A stretch of 64,000 nt of DNA from a virus. A program made the position numbers and the translations under genes. Numbering within the stretch: position 1 is the stretch's first letter; the number at the start of each line of letters is the position of its first letter. The notes beneath the pieces are model-generated. The model did no database searches, was not told where the DNA came from, and was given only the letters and a program-made list of their open reading frames with translations. The DNA lies in IMG/VR virus record IMGVR_UViG_3300035698_012962, positions 1 through 64,000 of that record. One strand, given 5' to 3'. This document shows positions 18,748 to 27,995 of the stretch, piece by piece.

Positions 18748-20117
18748 TACCATTCAAATTTATAGTTACCAGTATTCCATATTTTATAATATCCACGATT
18801 ATACATAATTTCAGATTCAGTTAATATTGGATCTTCGCCTTCTTCAACCAGCTTATGTTTTTGAAATTTATATCTATGATATTTTCGTTTACCCTTTACA
18901 TAGAAATATCCAGGTGTTGTAAATTTAATGAACTTAAATCCTAATTTTTCATATACATTTCCCGTTGCCCAATCTTTGTTTGCAAATGATAATACATACA
19001 TTGGATTATGGTTATTAATGAAAAAAGTAAATAATTTACTAGCACCACCGACTACTGAATAATTTTGTTTAGAACAAAATCGTAATAACTCAAAACTTCC
19101 TTCTTTTGAAATTTGACCAGTTGCTTTTCTTAATTTACCAAATGTCATTACTTGTATCAATTCATCATTGAAATATAGTCCGCAACGAATTGATGAAACT
19201 GAATTTCCCTGTAAATGATTTTTAATCAAAAATCGTTTTGTTGTTTGGAAATCTAATTCTTTAAGTTCACATTGCCGTGCATATACCCTATGTTTGTTAT
19301 TATTTAACTGAGATAATAAAATTGATTTTACAATATCTTTGTTTTTTATCCAATCAGGTTCCCATATATGAATTAAATGAATATCATTTTCATTACATTC
19401 TTTTGTTTTATTCAAATGATATCGCTTTTCTTTAAATTCAGTAGAATGAAAGCGAGATCCATTATATTCAATAGCAAGTTTTTTATCGGGTACATAAATA
19501 TCCAATTCTAATCCAGATAAAATCGTAGTATTATTTTGTATAACTTCACCATCATAATTTTCACAAATGAAATCACATATAGACTGTTCTGCTTTAGATG
19601 GTCCGTGGTTATGAAAAATAGAATCTCCTTCTTTTAAATATTTTATTCTGGATCTTCTCATTTTCATTCTTGATTTTTTACTTCTCTTAGAGCCTAAATG
19701 AGTATCATAAATATTGTGACCAGATATGTACTCACTATGATACGGATATTGATTTTTTAATGTTACTAATTCTCCACAACCACATTTACAAGTTGGAAGT
19801 TTATTTTGAAAAATATGCTGGATAATATACTCACGTTTTGATAACCCATAATTCATACGGACATAATATGATAAATGTCGTTCTGAAGCACATTCTTTAC
19901 CATCTATTTTACATTTATATTTACTATCAGATCGTTCTTCATAATCTAATTGTTTGGGTCTATATTCACCATATTTATTACGATAATCAACACATGATAT
20001 ATTGTGTTTGTGTTTCAGATGTGAATCAAATCCATTTAACTTTAAGTTTGATTTACATATTTTACATTTAACAGTTGATATTTTCCTTTTTCCGTTTTTC
20101 GGTATTCCTTTTGGCAT
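18738..20117 (-). CDS. Free-standing homing-endonuclease-like protein (Hef/Vsr-like PD-(D/E)xK)
   Basis: C2H2-like fingers, CKCGCG, NUMOD-like segment, ELDIYVPDKKLAIEYNG..FH...IHIWE nuclease motif, and a C-terminal NHLQG...ELLRFC...GGASKL domain. Confidence 0.7.
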   Translation of the reverse strand: MPKGIPKNGKRKISTVKCKICKSNLKLNGFDSHLKHKHNISCVDYRNKYGEYRPKQLDYEERSDSKYKCKIDGKECASERHLSYYVRMNYGLSKREYIIQHIFQNKLPTCKCGCGELVTLKNQYPYHSEYISGHNIYDTHLGSKRSKKSRMKMRRSRIKYLKEGDSIFHNHGPSKAEQSICDFICENYDGEVIQNNTTILSGLELDIYVPDKKLAIEYNGSRFHSTEFKEKRYHLNKTKECNENDIHLIHIWEPDWIKNKDIVKSILLSQLNNNKHRVYARQCELKELDFQTTKRFLIKNHLQGNSVSSIRCGLYFNDELIQVMTFGKLRKATGQISKEGSFELLRFCSKQNYSVVGGASKLFTFFINNHNPMYVLSFANKDWATGNVYEKLGFKFIKFTTPGYFYVKGKRKYHRYKFQKHKLVEEGEDPILTESEIMYNRGYYKIWNTGNYKFEWYKK

Positions 20118-21892
20118 TATTTTAATTTAATTAAAAGTTCATAATTTTCTTTAGTAGAATTAAAGGGCGATCTATTTTTATTTATTTTACCACATATATC
20201 AAATTTGTCTGACAAAAGATTATAAGTGTCAATATCTACATTTAATATTAAATTATCTAATTGGAATAATGAGTTAATAAAGGTGTCCATCCAATCATCA
20301 ACTGTTGAATAATTAAACATATTATTATAATCTTCTTTATTATAATATGGTATCGAGGTAAATGTAAAATCATAATCAATAGGAATTATTGCATTTTCTA
20401 TTTTATCATTAATAAGAATAACATTTTTAAATCCAAATAATTCCACTATTTTTTTTAATCCATTATATGTATCAATATTTGGCTCTACTCCAATATAAGT
20501 ACCCTTTGGATATTTACACTTAAATCCAACTAACCTTCCACCAAATCCTGCACAAGGATCTAAAACTATTGGCGTTTCCGTTTCCCCTAAATAATGAGTA
20601 TAAATTGCGGATGCTAACGCTGGTTTGAAAAAAGAAACACAATACCTATTAACATTAAGAGCATAAACTAAATTACGTAAGCTAAAATCAGAAATATGAT
20701 TATCATTATTAATTCCTATCCTATATTTGATCAAGTTATACATTATTTTATCATCATCCCAAGCTTCTATTGGACTTAGCCTACTATTAAATGAACTATC
20801 CCAATATGAATCAAAAATACTTTTTAATAATGATACACCTTTATTAAATGCATTATTTTTAAATGTATCGTTTCCAATATATATTCTATTTACATCCAAC
20901 TCTCTAATATATTTAATAACATCATTTGGAGACTCATTGGAAACTATTGTTGGAAAATTAGGTGAAAACGTTCTCACAAATTTTAATAACATCGGTATAT
21001 ATTTTTCTAATTTATCTTTTCCATATTTATTAATATAATCAGTTAAATATTCTTTATTAATAATAATATCATTATATCCTAATTTAAAATCATTATTATA
21101 TGATTCATTAATGATATTATCTAATGTGATATCATTTGGTATTTCAGATGTTTTTATTCTAATTAACGAATATTCATCATTATTATCTATAAGTAAATCT
21201 TTTTCATAATCATTTAATACGCTATTTATTTGTGTTAAAGATAAATTTACTAATTGATTAGGATGATAATAGTCGCCATCTACATCAATAAGAAGATTTC
21301 CAACTTTAATATCAAATTCTTTACCATCTACTATAATTGATTGTTTTCCATTTAATTTTTCAGTTAAGAGTTTTTCATATTTAGATTTCTTTTTAATATG
21401 CTTTTTTCTAAAAACTGGATCTAAAAAAATATTAGAATATCCAAATCGTTCTATACAAGTTTTCTTCAATTTTTCTTGTACATTTCTACATTTCGCTGGA
21501 TTATCAACACCATATTTCTTCTGGTTTGTTTTTTTTATTTTATGTTTAAACTTATCTAATTGGAATACATTTTCTACTCCATATTTATCTTTAATCGCTT
21601 TTTTTGTATTTAATTTTATTTTTTCTTTAGTTTCTTTTGTATGTGGTTTTCGTGGAAAATGATTGGTAGTATATTCTGAATATCGTATTATGTCTTTATG
21701 TAATGTTGTTTTCTTAACAGGTGTACCACATCCACATTTACACATCGGTATATCATCTAAAAAATATTTAACTATATATTCTTTTAATGTAAGACCATGA
21801 GACTGAATACATTTATTTCGTGCATGTGCAGATTTATATGAAGTATCACATACTCTACACAATAACTCATTTTCTATTTTTATTTCTACCAT
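20117..21892 (-). CDS. Endonuclease-like DNA-binding protein fused to an amino-DNA methyltransferase
   Basis: CKCGCG, KYGVEN repeats, FDIKV..LLIDVDGDYYH nuclease-like motif, then VLDPCAGFGGRL (SAM binding) and FTSIPYY (SPPY-like motif IV). Confidence 0.7.
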   Translation of the reverse strand: MVEIKIENELLCRVCDTSYKSAHARNKCIQSHGLTLKEYIVKYFLDDIPMCKCGCGTPVKKTTLHKDIIRYSEYTTNHFPRKPHTKETKEKIKLNTKKAIKDKYGVENVFQLDKFKHKIKKTNQKKYGVDNPAKCRNVQEKLKKTCIERFGYSNIFLDPVFRKKHIKKKSKYEKLLTEKLNGKQSIIVDGKEFDIKVGNLLIDVDGDYYHPNQLVNLSLTQINSVLNDYEKDLLIDNNDEYSLIRIKTSEIPNDITLDNIINESYNNDFKLGYNDIIINKEYLTDYINKYGKDKLEKYIPMLLKFVRTFSPNFPTIVSNESPNDVIKYIRELDVNRIYIGNDTFKNNAFNKGVSLLKSIFDSYWDSSFNSRLSPIEAWDDDKIMYNLIKYRIGINNDNHISDFSLRNLVYALNVNRYCVSFFKPALASAIYTHYLGETETPIVLDPCAGFGGRLVGFKCKYPKGTYIGVEPNIDTYNGLKKIVELFGFKNVILINDKIENAIIPIDYDFTFTSIPYYNKEDYNNMFNYSTVDDWMDTFINSLFQLDNLILNVDIDTYNLLSDKFDICGKINKNRSPFNSTKENYELLIKLK

Positions 21893-21938
21893 TTATATTA
21901 AAAAATTAATTATACCTATGACCATAAATATACGAAAA

Positions 21939-21965
21939 TTAATTATTAAACACAACTATTTTTTG
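21939..21965. repeat. 27-bp direct repeat, right copy
   Basis: TTAATTATTAAACACAACTATTTTTTG. It carries the -35 of a minus-strand TTGTGT-N17-TATATT promoter (21927-21955). Confidence 0.85.
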
Positions 21966-21969
21966 ACAT

Positions 21970-22004
21970 AAAAAAAAGGAACCACCGTTTCGGATGATTC
22001 CTTT
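21970..22004 (-). terminator. Intrinsic terminator after the major capsid gene
   Basis: Minus strand AAAGGAAUCAUC-cgaaac-GGUGGUUCCUUU followed by a U run. Confidence 0.85.
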
Positions 22005-22044
22005 AAGTTTTTAACACGACTACGTATTAAAGATTACTTAATGC

Positions 22045-23688
22045 TTACACATTTTGTAGGTCTTTAACATAGATCTTACCATAAAATTCAGGTCTCACTA
22101 TTTTTTTAGCGTAACGGGTCATGACCCCCCGACGGGGGGTAAAATTAGTCGGATCATACACTAATGGTGTCATAATCAACGGTACATATGGTGCATATAC
22201 AGCTCCTGTCTCAAGGAAGTTGTTACCTTTATATCCCATTAAGATTTCGTTAGAAGTCATATATGGGTTTTTGTAAACAGTGTATCTGTTTGCAATTGCA
22301 CCTACTGCAGTTACTCCAGCAGCGAATTCCATAGCATCCTTATCAGAATTCACGTGGAATCCTGGGATTGATTCAAGAATTGTACATACATCAGGTGATG
22401 CAACTAAGAAGTTAGCTCCACCTCTAAGTGTCAATGTGTGAATTTTGTTAGAAACTTTATTCAACTTAACACCTAATGTTTGGAACCATGTGTTCTTTTG
22501 GTATGCTACAGCGTTTGCTGAATTTACCCACGTTCCGGCATTAGAGTTATACTCTTGTCCGATTGTTGCTGACCAGTAGTCTACTGTCAATGCGTTTGAT
22601 TTCAACATATCCAAAATTTCCAAGTCAATCTCAAGAGAGATATACTCAGATAACATTGATGTCAATTCTGCTTCCGCATCAATTGAGTGATATGCGTTTA
22701 AATCTTGCGCTAATTCAGGAGTCCAAACTGCTTTCAACTTACGTGTTTTCGCAACGATTGGCTCAGAACGTAGTTCCAAGTCAATTTCTGGAATTGCTAA
22801 ATCAGTACCAGCATCATAACCTGCATCGGCGTTTTCACCACGAATTGGGCTTCTGTCTTCAAAATCACCACGATCGAAATCAGTTGGTTGTTCTGAATAA
22901 GTAACAGAGAAATTTGATCCTGAGATTGCTGAACCTCTTACCACGAAATCTACAGTTGATGATCCTAATGCTACATCAGTGTATTGTGGGTAGAAAGCTG
23001 CCGGATCTGCCATTGCTGAACCAGAGATGTGGAAACTTTTTGAACCTTCCTTATCAAGTGGTCGTCCGCCTGCGTTTTCAATATCTGCAATATCGAAACT
23101 AACGATAAATACTTCACCTGCTTCCACAGATGCACTAAGTGCAGAGTTGAAACCAATTGCTTCGTGAGAAGCGCTTGTTACTGTTGATGGAACAATGTTA
23201 CTAACTGTTCTTTGGTTGATTGAGTATCCCCATCTACCGTCACCGTATGCACCTGAAACAGCTGCATCAGTTGAACCCAATTTTTTCCCTGTTCCACCGA
23301 AAACGGATGAACCTAAAAATCCTGGGTTTCCTTCTTGGTTGCTTCCATATTTGAAGTCCAAGTAAAATATCAAACCAGATGGTAAGTTCATTGGTTGAAC
23401 TGATACGAATTCCTTCGATGCAATTTCACCAAAAATACGTCTTACCAATGGTAACGCAACACCAGCCCATTCTTCTGAACCAGAAGTTGTACCTGTTTGA
23501 GTTGCTTCGTCAAGCAATTGTTTTGCTTGGTTTTCTAAGAGAACTGCCATTGAATGTTGTTCTCTTTCTCGTAATCCTTCTAGAAGACCTGTTTCTGACC
23601 ATTTGCCTTTTAATCCTCGAGTTTCCTCTAGCATTACAGCTTGTGGGTTTTTAGCCTCCATAAGTTTGTTTAAATTAAAATTTGCCAT
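22045..23688 (-). CDS. Major capsid protein (T4 gp23-like)
   Basis: LPLVRR, VQPM..PSGLIFY, AKTRKLKA.WTPELAQDL.AYH.IDAEAEL, YAPYVPL and F.PR.GVMTRY motifs. Confidence 0.95.
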   Translation of the reverse strand: MANFNLNKLMEAKNPQAVMLEETRGLKGKWSETGLLEGLREREQHSMAVLLENQAKQLLDEATQTGTTSGSEEWAGVALPLVRRIFGEIASKEFVSVQPMNLPSGLIFYLDFKYGSNQEGNPGFLGSSVFGGTGKKLGSTDAAVSGAYGDGRWGYSINQRTVSNIVPSTVTSASHEAIGFNSALSASVEAGEVFIVSFDIADIENAGGRPLDKEGSKSFHISGSAMADPAAFYPQYTDVALGSSTVDFVVRGSAISGSNFSVTYSEQPTDFDRGDFEDRSPIRGENADAGYDAGTDLAIPEIDLELRSEPIVAKTRKLKAVWTPELAQDLNAYHSIDAEAELTSMLSEYISLEIDLEILDMLKSNALTVDYWSATIGQEYNSNAGTWVNSANAVAYQKNTWFQTLGVKLNKVSNKIHTLTLRGGANFLVASPDVCTILESIPGFHVNSDKDAMEFAAGVTAVGAIANRYTVYKNPYMTSNEILMGYKGNNFLETGAVYAPYVPLIMTPLVYDPTNFTPRRGVMTRYAKKIVRPEFYGKIYVKDLQNV

Positions 23689-23717
23689 TCTATTTTTTCC
23701 TTTGTTTAATTAATGTG

Positions 23718-24884
23718 TTATTTGTTAATACCTGCTAACTGTTTGAACCGATGAGCCATATCATTTGTATTCTCTGTAATGATGTTTGTTGATTCCTTTG
23801 AAGGTTTAGTTGAAGCAGTTGCTCTTGAAGCAAGCCCTTCAGTTATTTTCTTCACTTTCTTTCTTTCAACACCATTAGCAAATGTCATTGATTCAGCTAA
23901 AGTTGCATAAACTAGTTTTACTTCTCTAACAGAATTTGTTCTGTCAAGTGATTCTACTACTTTCACTTTTTGAGAGTTATCAAGATCATAAGATCTAAAT
24001 ATTTTGTTTGTGTAAAGAAGTTTTGCGTTTAATAGGTTCACTTCATTGATTGTTGATTTCAATTCACGAATTGTTGAATAAGCTTGTGCTAACTCTGCTT
24101 GTACTTCTGCAGATGCTTCATCTTCTTCTTCTTCGGAACCTTCTTCTTCATCATCTCCGTATCCCATTTCACGTAGAATTTCGTCTAAGTCGATTTCATC
24201 ATCAAACTCAAATTCATCATCATCATCTTCTTGTTCACTTTCTTCGATTTCTCCTTCATCATCAAGATCAAATTCTATTTCATCATTTTCTCCCAATGCA
24301 TCAAAGTCAACTTCTTCATCATCCTCTTCACCTTCTTCGGATTCGAATACATCTTCTTCTTCGTCATCATCTAAGTCTGCTTCCAATTCTTTGATAATAG
24401 ATTCTAAATCTAAATCATCTTCGAACTCATCTTCTTCTTCACCATCGAATTCTTCTTCTTCATTTACATCATAAGTTGCGCCTGTTACATCTTCGTCGTC
24501 ATCTTCTTCTGTAGTTTCAGTCAAATCATCAACGACTGTTCCTTGATTATAATCTGAGTCCGACGGGGCTTTAGCCTTGCCTGTCTCAGGATCTAAATCA
24601 GTATGTGCTGTATTTGCATCAGCTGCTGGTTGCTTACCATCGGTTCCACTTTCATCTTTTCCATCTCCTTTTCCGATTGCGGATGAATCTACAGTTTCTT
24701 CGATTTCATCTTCGTCTTCAAACTCGTCTTCACCTTCCATTTCAGCTTGTAGCTTTTTAGAAAGTAATGATTGTAATTTTGGAGTGAATGCTTCTTCCAA
24801 AGCGATTCTTGCGTTTTCGATAGCAGTTTTACGTACAGCTTTAGCATCAGCTATTGCTTCTTTAAGTAATTTTGATTCTGCCAT
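23718..24884 (-). CDS. Prohead core/scaffold protein (gp22 analogue)
   Basis: Directly upstream of the capsid gene; very acidic middle, coiled-coil C-terminal half, ends RFKQLAGI. Confidence 0.8.
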   Translation of the reverse strand: MAESKLLKEAIADAKAVRKTAIENARIALEEAFTPKLQSLLSKKLQAEMEGEDEFEDEDEIEETVDSSAIGKGDGKDESGTDGKQPAADANTAHTDLDPETGKAKAPSDSDYNQGTVVDDLTETTEEDDDEDVTGATYDVNEEEEFDGEEEDEFEDDLDLESIIKELEADLDDDEEEDVFESEEGEEDDEEVDFDALGENDEIEFDLDDEGEIEESEQEDDDDEFEFDDEIDLDEILREMGYGDDEEEGSEEEEDEASAEVQAELAQAYSTIRELKSTINEVNLLNAKLLYTNKIFRSYDLDNSQKVKVVESLDRTNSVREVKLVYATLAESMTFANGVERKKVKKITEGLASRATASTKPSKESTNIITENTNDMAHRFKQLAGINK

Positions 24885-24908
24885 GTGTATTTTTACCTTT
24901 TAGTTTTC

Positions 24909-25041
24909 TGAAGTTATTTAGGTAAACTTCAATATTGGTTTAAAAATTGGCTTGTCGGTTACTACACATTAATTGGAGATATTCTCTATCTCAGGTGAGT
25001 ATTCATTGTACCAAATGTAAAAACTCATATATAAATGAGTT
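24909..25041 (-). promoter_or_regulatory. Structured 5' leader of the scaffold-capsid operon
   Basis: Hairpins at 25022-25041, 24976-24992 (nested in a longer 24955-25013 stem) and 24909-24931, between the promoter motif and the ATG. Confidence 0.4.
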
Positions 25042-25050
25042 ATTATATAA

Positions 25051-25059
25051 TATAAGTAT
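25051..25059 (-). promoter_or_regulatory. Putative late promoter for scaffold/capsid
   Basis: TATAAGTAT on + strand. Confidence 0.5.
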
Positions 25060-25100
25060 AAGAAAATTTAGGAAAACGATAAAAAAACTTAAATTAATTA

Positions 25101-25307
25101 TTATTTATTGTTTTTATCCGCAATTTTTTGCTTATATTTTGCTTCTTTTTTCTTTAATCTCTTTTCAGTAGATGGTTTTGTGAATTCTTGGTTGTTACGG
25201 AATTCATATAATATACCAGATGATTTGACCATCTTTGTGAAAATATTAATTGCCTTATCAACATTTCCCTTTCGTACCGTAACACCTATTCTATTTTTAT
25301 TTGCCAT
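25101..25307 (-). CDS. rpsU: Phage-encoded 30S ribosomal protein bS21
   Basis: 68 aa, basic; V.VR.GNVDKAI..F.K.V..SGIL.E.R..QEF.KPS.EKR.KK matches the bS21 signature. Confidence 0.85.
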   Translation of the reverse strand: MANKNRIGVTVRKGNVDKAINIFTKMVKSSGILYEFRNNQEFTKPSTEKRLKKKEAKYKQKIADKNNK

Positions 25308-25333
25308 ATAACTATTGTTATTTTTATTTTTAA

Positions 25334-25732
25334 TTATTTCCCAATGGTAGTTGGTGGTTTAAATTCTTGTGCACTTTTTTTCATATACATTATGAATTTT
25401 TTTGGATCTGTAAATGATTTAAACAAACTACTACTATAAAATACTGCACCACTATAATAAACTTTACCGTTTCTATCCATAGTTCCAGTAGCTCTAACAA
25501 CTCCATTTTCAAACTCACCAGATAAATATATTTCTCGTTTTCCACCAAGAGCTGGCTTTTCCTCTATATCTGTAATCCATCTAACTTTAACCTTTTTTTT
25601 AGATAATTCTCTGATTACTTCTTTCTTAACTTTTGATAATGTATCTTTAATTTCATCTATATACGATTCGGATATTACATTAGAAATTTCTTCTTGTATA
25701 ATTTCTCGTAATTCTTTTTTAGTTATTTTCAT
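25334..25732 (-). CDS. Putative capsid-internal protein (class A leader)
   Basis: MKITKKELREIIQEEISNVISE-S leader followed by an unrelated domain. Confidence 0.7.
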   Translation of the reverse strand: MKITKKELREIIQEEISNVISESYIDEIKDTLSKVKKEVIRELSKKKVKVRWITDIEEKPALGGKREIYLSGEFENGVVRATGTMDRNGKVYYSGAVFYSSSLFKSFTDPKKFIMYMKKSAQEFKPPTTIGK

Positions 25733-26442
25733 TTTATTTTAGTATCATTATTATGAGTAAACTGTAATACAGTACCATCTTTGAAATAAATTTGTACGGT
25801 TCCATCATTTAAAATTGTAGACATTTTAACAGATTTGCCTTCTAATTTATGAATTTCTCCTTTTTTTAACGTTTCGTTTACATTCCCTAATCGTTGTCTC
25901 ATCACCTCTGGATCAATATCACTTATTTCATAATATCGGTTTAGAATCAAACCCATTTCTTCGTATAGTGCTTGCATCCTGGAATCTAATACTTTCGCAT
26001 CTTTTGCTACCTTATCAAATGAACCTTCCAATTTTTCCAATTGTTTCATGTTACGTTTAATAGTAACTTTATCGAACCAATCTTCTGCTTCATTCAATGT
26101 TAATTCTCTAGCCGCCTCTACAATACCACCAAGTGTTTCTGCAACTTCTATAATATCAGATGATCGCTTCATTTGAGAATTGTAAGTATTATAAGAAGAG
26201 ATAATTTCTAAGAAATGTTTTTTAACTTCAGTTGATAATGATTTTCTTTCTTCATTACCTCCGTTTTTTGATTCTTTAATACTGAATTTACCATCCTTAA
26301 TTTTTACTTCTTCTATTACAGTCTTACGGATATCATTATATCCTTTGAATGTCTTAGTTGCCTTTAAAATTGGTTTCGTTGATTTCATTGTAATTTTGTT
26401 ATTTGAAACAAAATCTGCAATATCAAATGGTTTATTTTTCAT
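25729..26442 (-). CDS. Head-associated coiled-coil protein with C-terminal module
   Basis: Helical core. After NVNE comes TLKKGEIHKLEGKSVK..ILNDGTVQIYFKDG, repeated in the neighbouring gene. Confidence 0.7.
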   Translation of the reverse strand: MKNKPFDIADFVSNNKITMKSTKPILKATKTFKGYNDIRKTVIEEVKIKDGKFSIKESKNGGNEERKSLSTEVKKHFLEIISSYNTYNSQMKRSSDIIEVAETLGGIVEAARELTLNEAEDWFDKVTIKRNMKQLEKLEGSFDKVAKDAKVLDSRMQALYEEMGLILNRYYEISDIDPEVMRQRLGNVNETLKKGEIHKLEGKSVKMSTILNDGTVQIYFKDGTVLQFTHNNDTKIK

Positions 26443-26446
26443 AATT

Positions 26447-27013
26447 TTATTTTTTTATTTTAACATATTTATTATTCATAAATTCAATTGATGCACCATC
26501 TTTAAAATGAATTTGAATAGTTCCATCGTTTAATATAACAGAATATTTAACTTGCTTCCCTTCTAATGAATGTATTTCACCTTTTTTTAATTCTTCTTTG
26601 ATATTAATTGGTGAATTTTCTAATAATGTTTCAATTTTTTTACCTGCTGAATCATTAATTCTCATAGATGCTACATATGAAAATGCATTAATAATATCAA
26701 ACCCATCCCACTTAGCCCATTTAGCTATCATAATTCCTTTATCTTCTATTACACTTTCCAATTCCTTTGTATACGGAGATCCATCTTTACCAGATGGTCT
26801 ACTTGATCTAGGAAATAATTTATCTACTTTCTTAACTTCGCTATGAAAATTAGCATCAGTCAGAGCCCCTTTTAATATAGTTTTAAATACCCATTGATAT
26901 TCGGATAACCCTTTTGGTAAATTAATGTACCCATCGAAAAACTTTAATACTTTTTTATTTAACCGGGTATTTTCAGATTCTTTTAATAATTCTTTTAATT
27001 TTATTGATTTCAT
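26447..27013 (-). CDS. Putative capsid-internal protein (class B leader)
   Basis: MKSIKLKELLKE-S leader; C-terminal ELKKGEIHSLEGKQVK..ILNDGTIQIHFKDG module after NIKE. Confidence 0.7.
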   Translation of the reverse strand: MKSIKLKELLKESENTRLNKKVLKFFDGYINLPKGLSEYQWVFKTILKGALTDANFHSEVKKVDKLFPRSSRPSGKDGSPYTKELESVIEDKGIMIAKWAKWDGFDIINAFSYVASMRINDSAGKKIETLLENSPINIKEELKKGEIHSLEGKQVKYSVILNDGTIQIHFKDGASIEFMNNKYVKIKK

Positions 27014-27027
27014 AGTTTTATATTATT

Positions 27028-27240
27028 TTAATTAAGGTCTGGCATATGTTTTCTTAATACAGATTCAATTACACGAGGTGGATTACTAAATGCCAATTCT
27101 CTAATCACAGATTCTAATGCTTTATCTTTAATACGTAAATCTCTAATCATTTTACTTAATATTTCTTCAGCTTTTGATTCTTGTAAAGTATGAAGTTCTT
27201 TACGAACGATTTCTCTTAGTTGTTTTTTAGTTATTTTCAT
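27028..27240 (-). CDS. Putative capsid-internal protein (class A leader)
   Basis: MKITKKQLREIVRKELHTLQE-S leader. Confidence 0.7.
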   Translation of the reverse strand: MKITKKQLREIVRKELHTLQESKAEEILSKMIRDLRIKDKALESVIRELAFSNPPRVIESVLRKHMPDLN

Positions 27241-27992
27241 ATCACTGTTTCATTTTTAATTTTTAATTTCGGTGAAGTAACTTTAATCGTCATCCACATT
27301 CCAGTACCACCAACATATGTAACATCAAATAAATCATTATATTTATCATTTATAAATTTAGATAATCTGAACTTTTTATGTATATCACGTTTTAATTGTT
27401 TTATATATTTGTCAAAATCTTTCTTACGTTGTGATTTTGGTACATCTGTATCAATCCATCCTATATCAAATGTATGTATATAATATTCAGATCTTAGACC
27501 TAAATCCATATTAAAGAATTGTTCATATTTAGATTCTGTTTTTTCTAAATAATCAGTTTTTTTCAATTCTTTACCTACTGCGTTTTCAGTACTTAAATGT
27601 GGTAAATTATTTACAATATGATCTTCTACAAATTTTTCAATATTAGAAATTTGGTTTTTGTATTCTTTACCTGATACTCTATTTAATTCTATTTGATGTT
27701 TTTCTGATTCCGAAAAATCAACACGAAGATCTGTCCATTCATCAATAGTATCAATGGTTACCTTTATATCTTTATAATCACGTTCTAATTGCTTCTTTAA
27801 CCGTTGTGCTTCTTTATAATCTTCTTGTCCCGGTGTTTCATCACCTACAGATCCATTTTCACGTGTAACAAAATGAATTTGATGTTCGGATTTATCCGAT
27901 ACTTCAAAATATGAATTACGTTCTACGTATTGTTCAATATCATTAATTTCTTTAGAAAAGGTTTCAAATAATAAATCTATTAATTTTATCAT
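27237..27992 (-). CDS. Putative capsid-internal protein (class B leader)
   Basis: MIKLIDLLFE-T leader; internal FSE-S site. Confidence 0.7.
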   Translation of the reverse strand: MIKLIDLLFETFSKEINDIEQYVERNSYFEVSDKSEHQIHFVTRENGSVGDETPGQEDYKEAQRLKKQLERDYKDIKVTIDTIDEWTDLRVDFSESEKHQIELNRVSGKEYKNQISNIEKFVEDHIVNNLPHLSTENAVGKELKKTDYLEKTESKYEQFFNMDLGLRSEYYIHTFDIGWIDTDVPKSQRKKDFDKYIKQLKRDIHKKFRLSKFINDKYNDLFDVTYVGGTGMWMTIKVTSPKLKIKNETVI

Positions 27993-27995
27993 TTT

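Noticed and set aside
18738-21892. Group I intron or IS element housing the nuclease genes
   Set aside because: The capsid gene is intact with its own terminator, and there is no interrupted host gene, transposase or terminal inverted repeat.
24110-24740. Dense (TCT/TCA)n-like low-complexity tract
   Set aside because: It encodes the Asp/Glu-rich region of the scaffold protein, which is expected.
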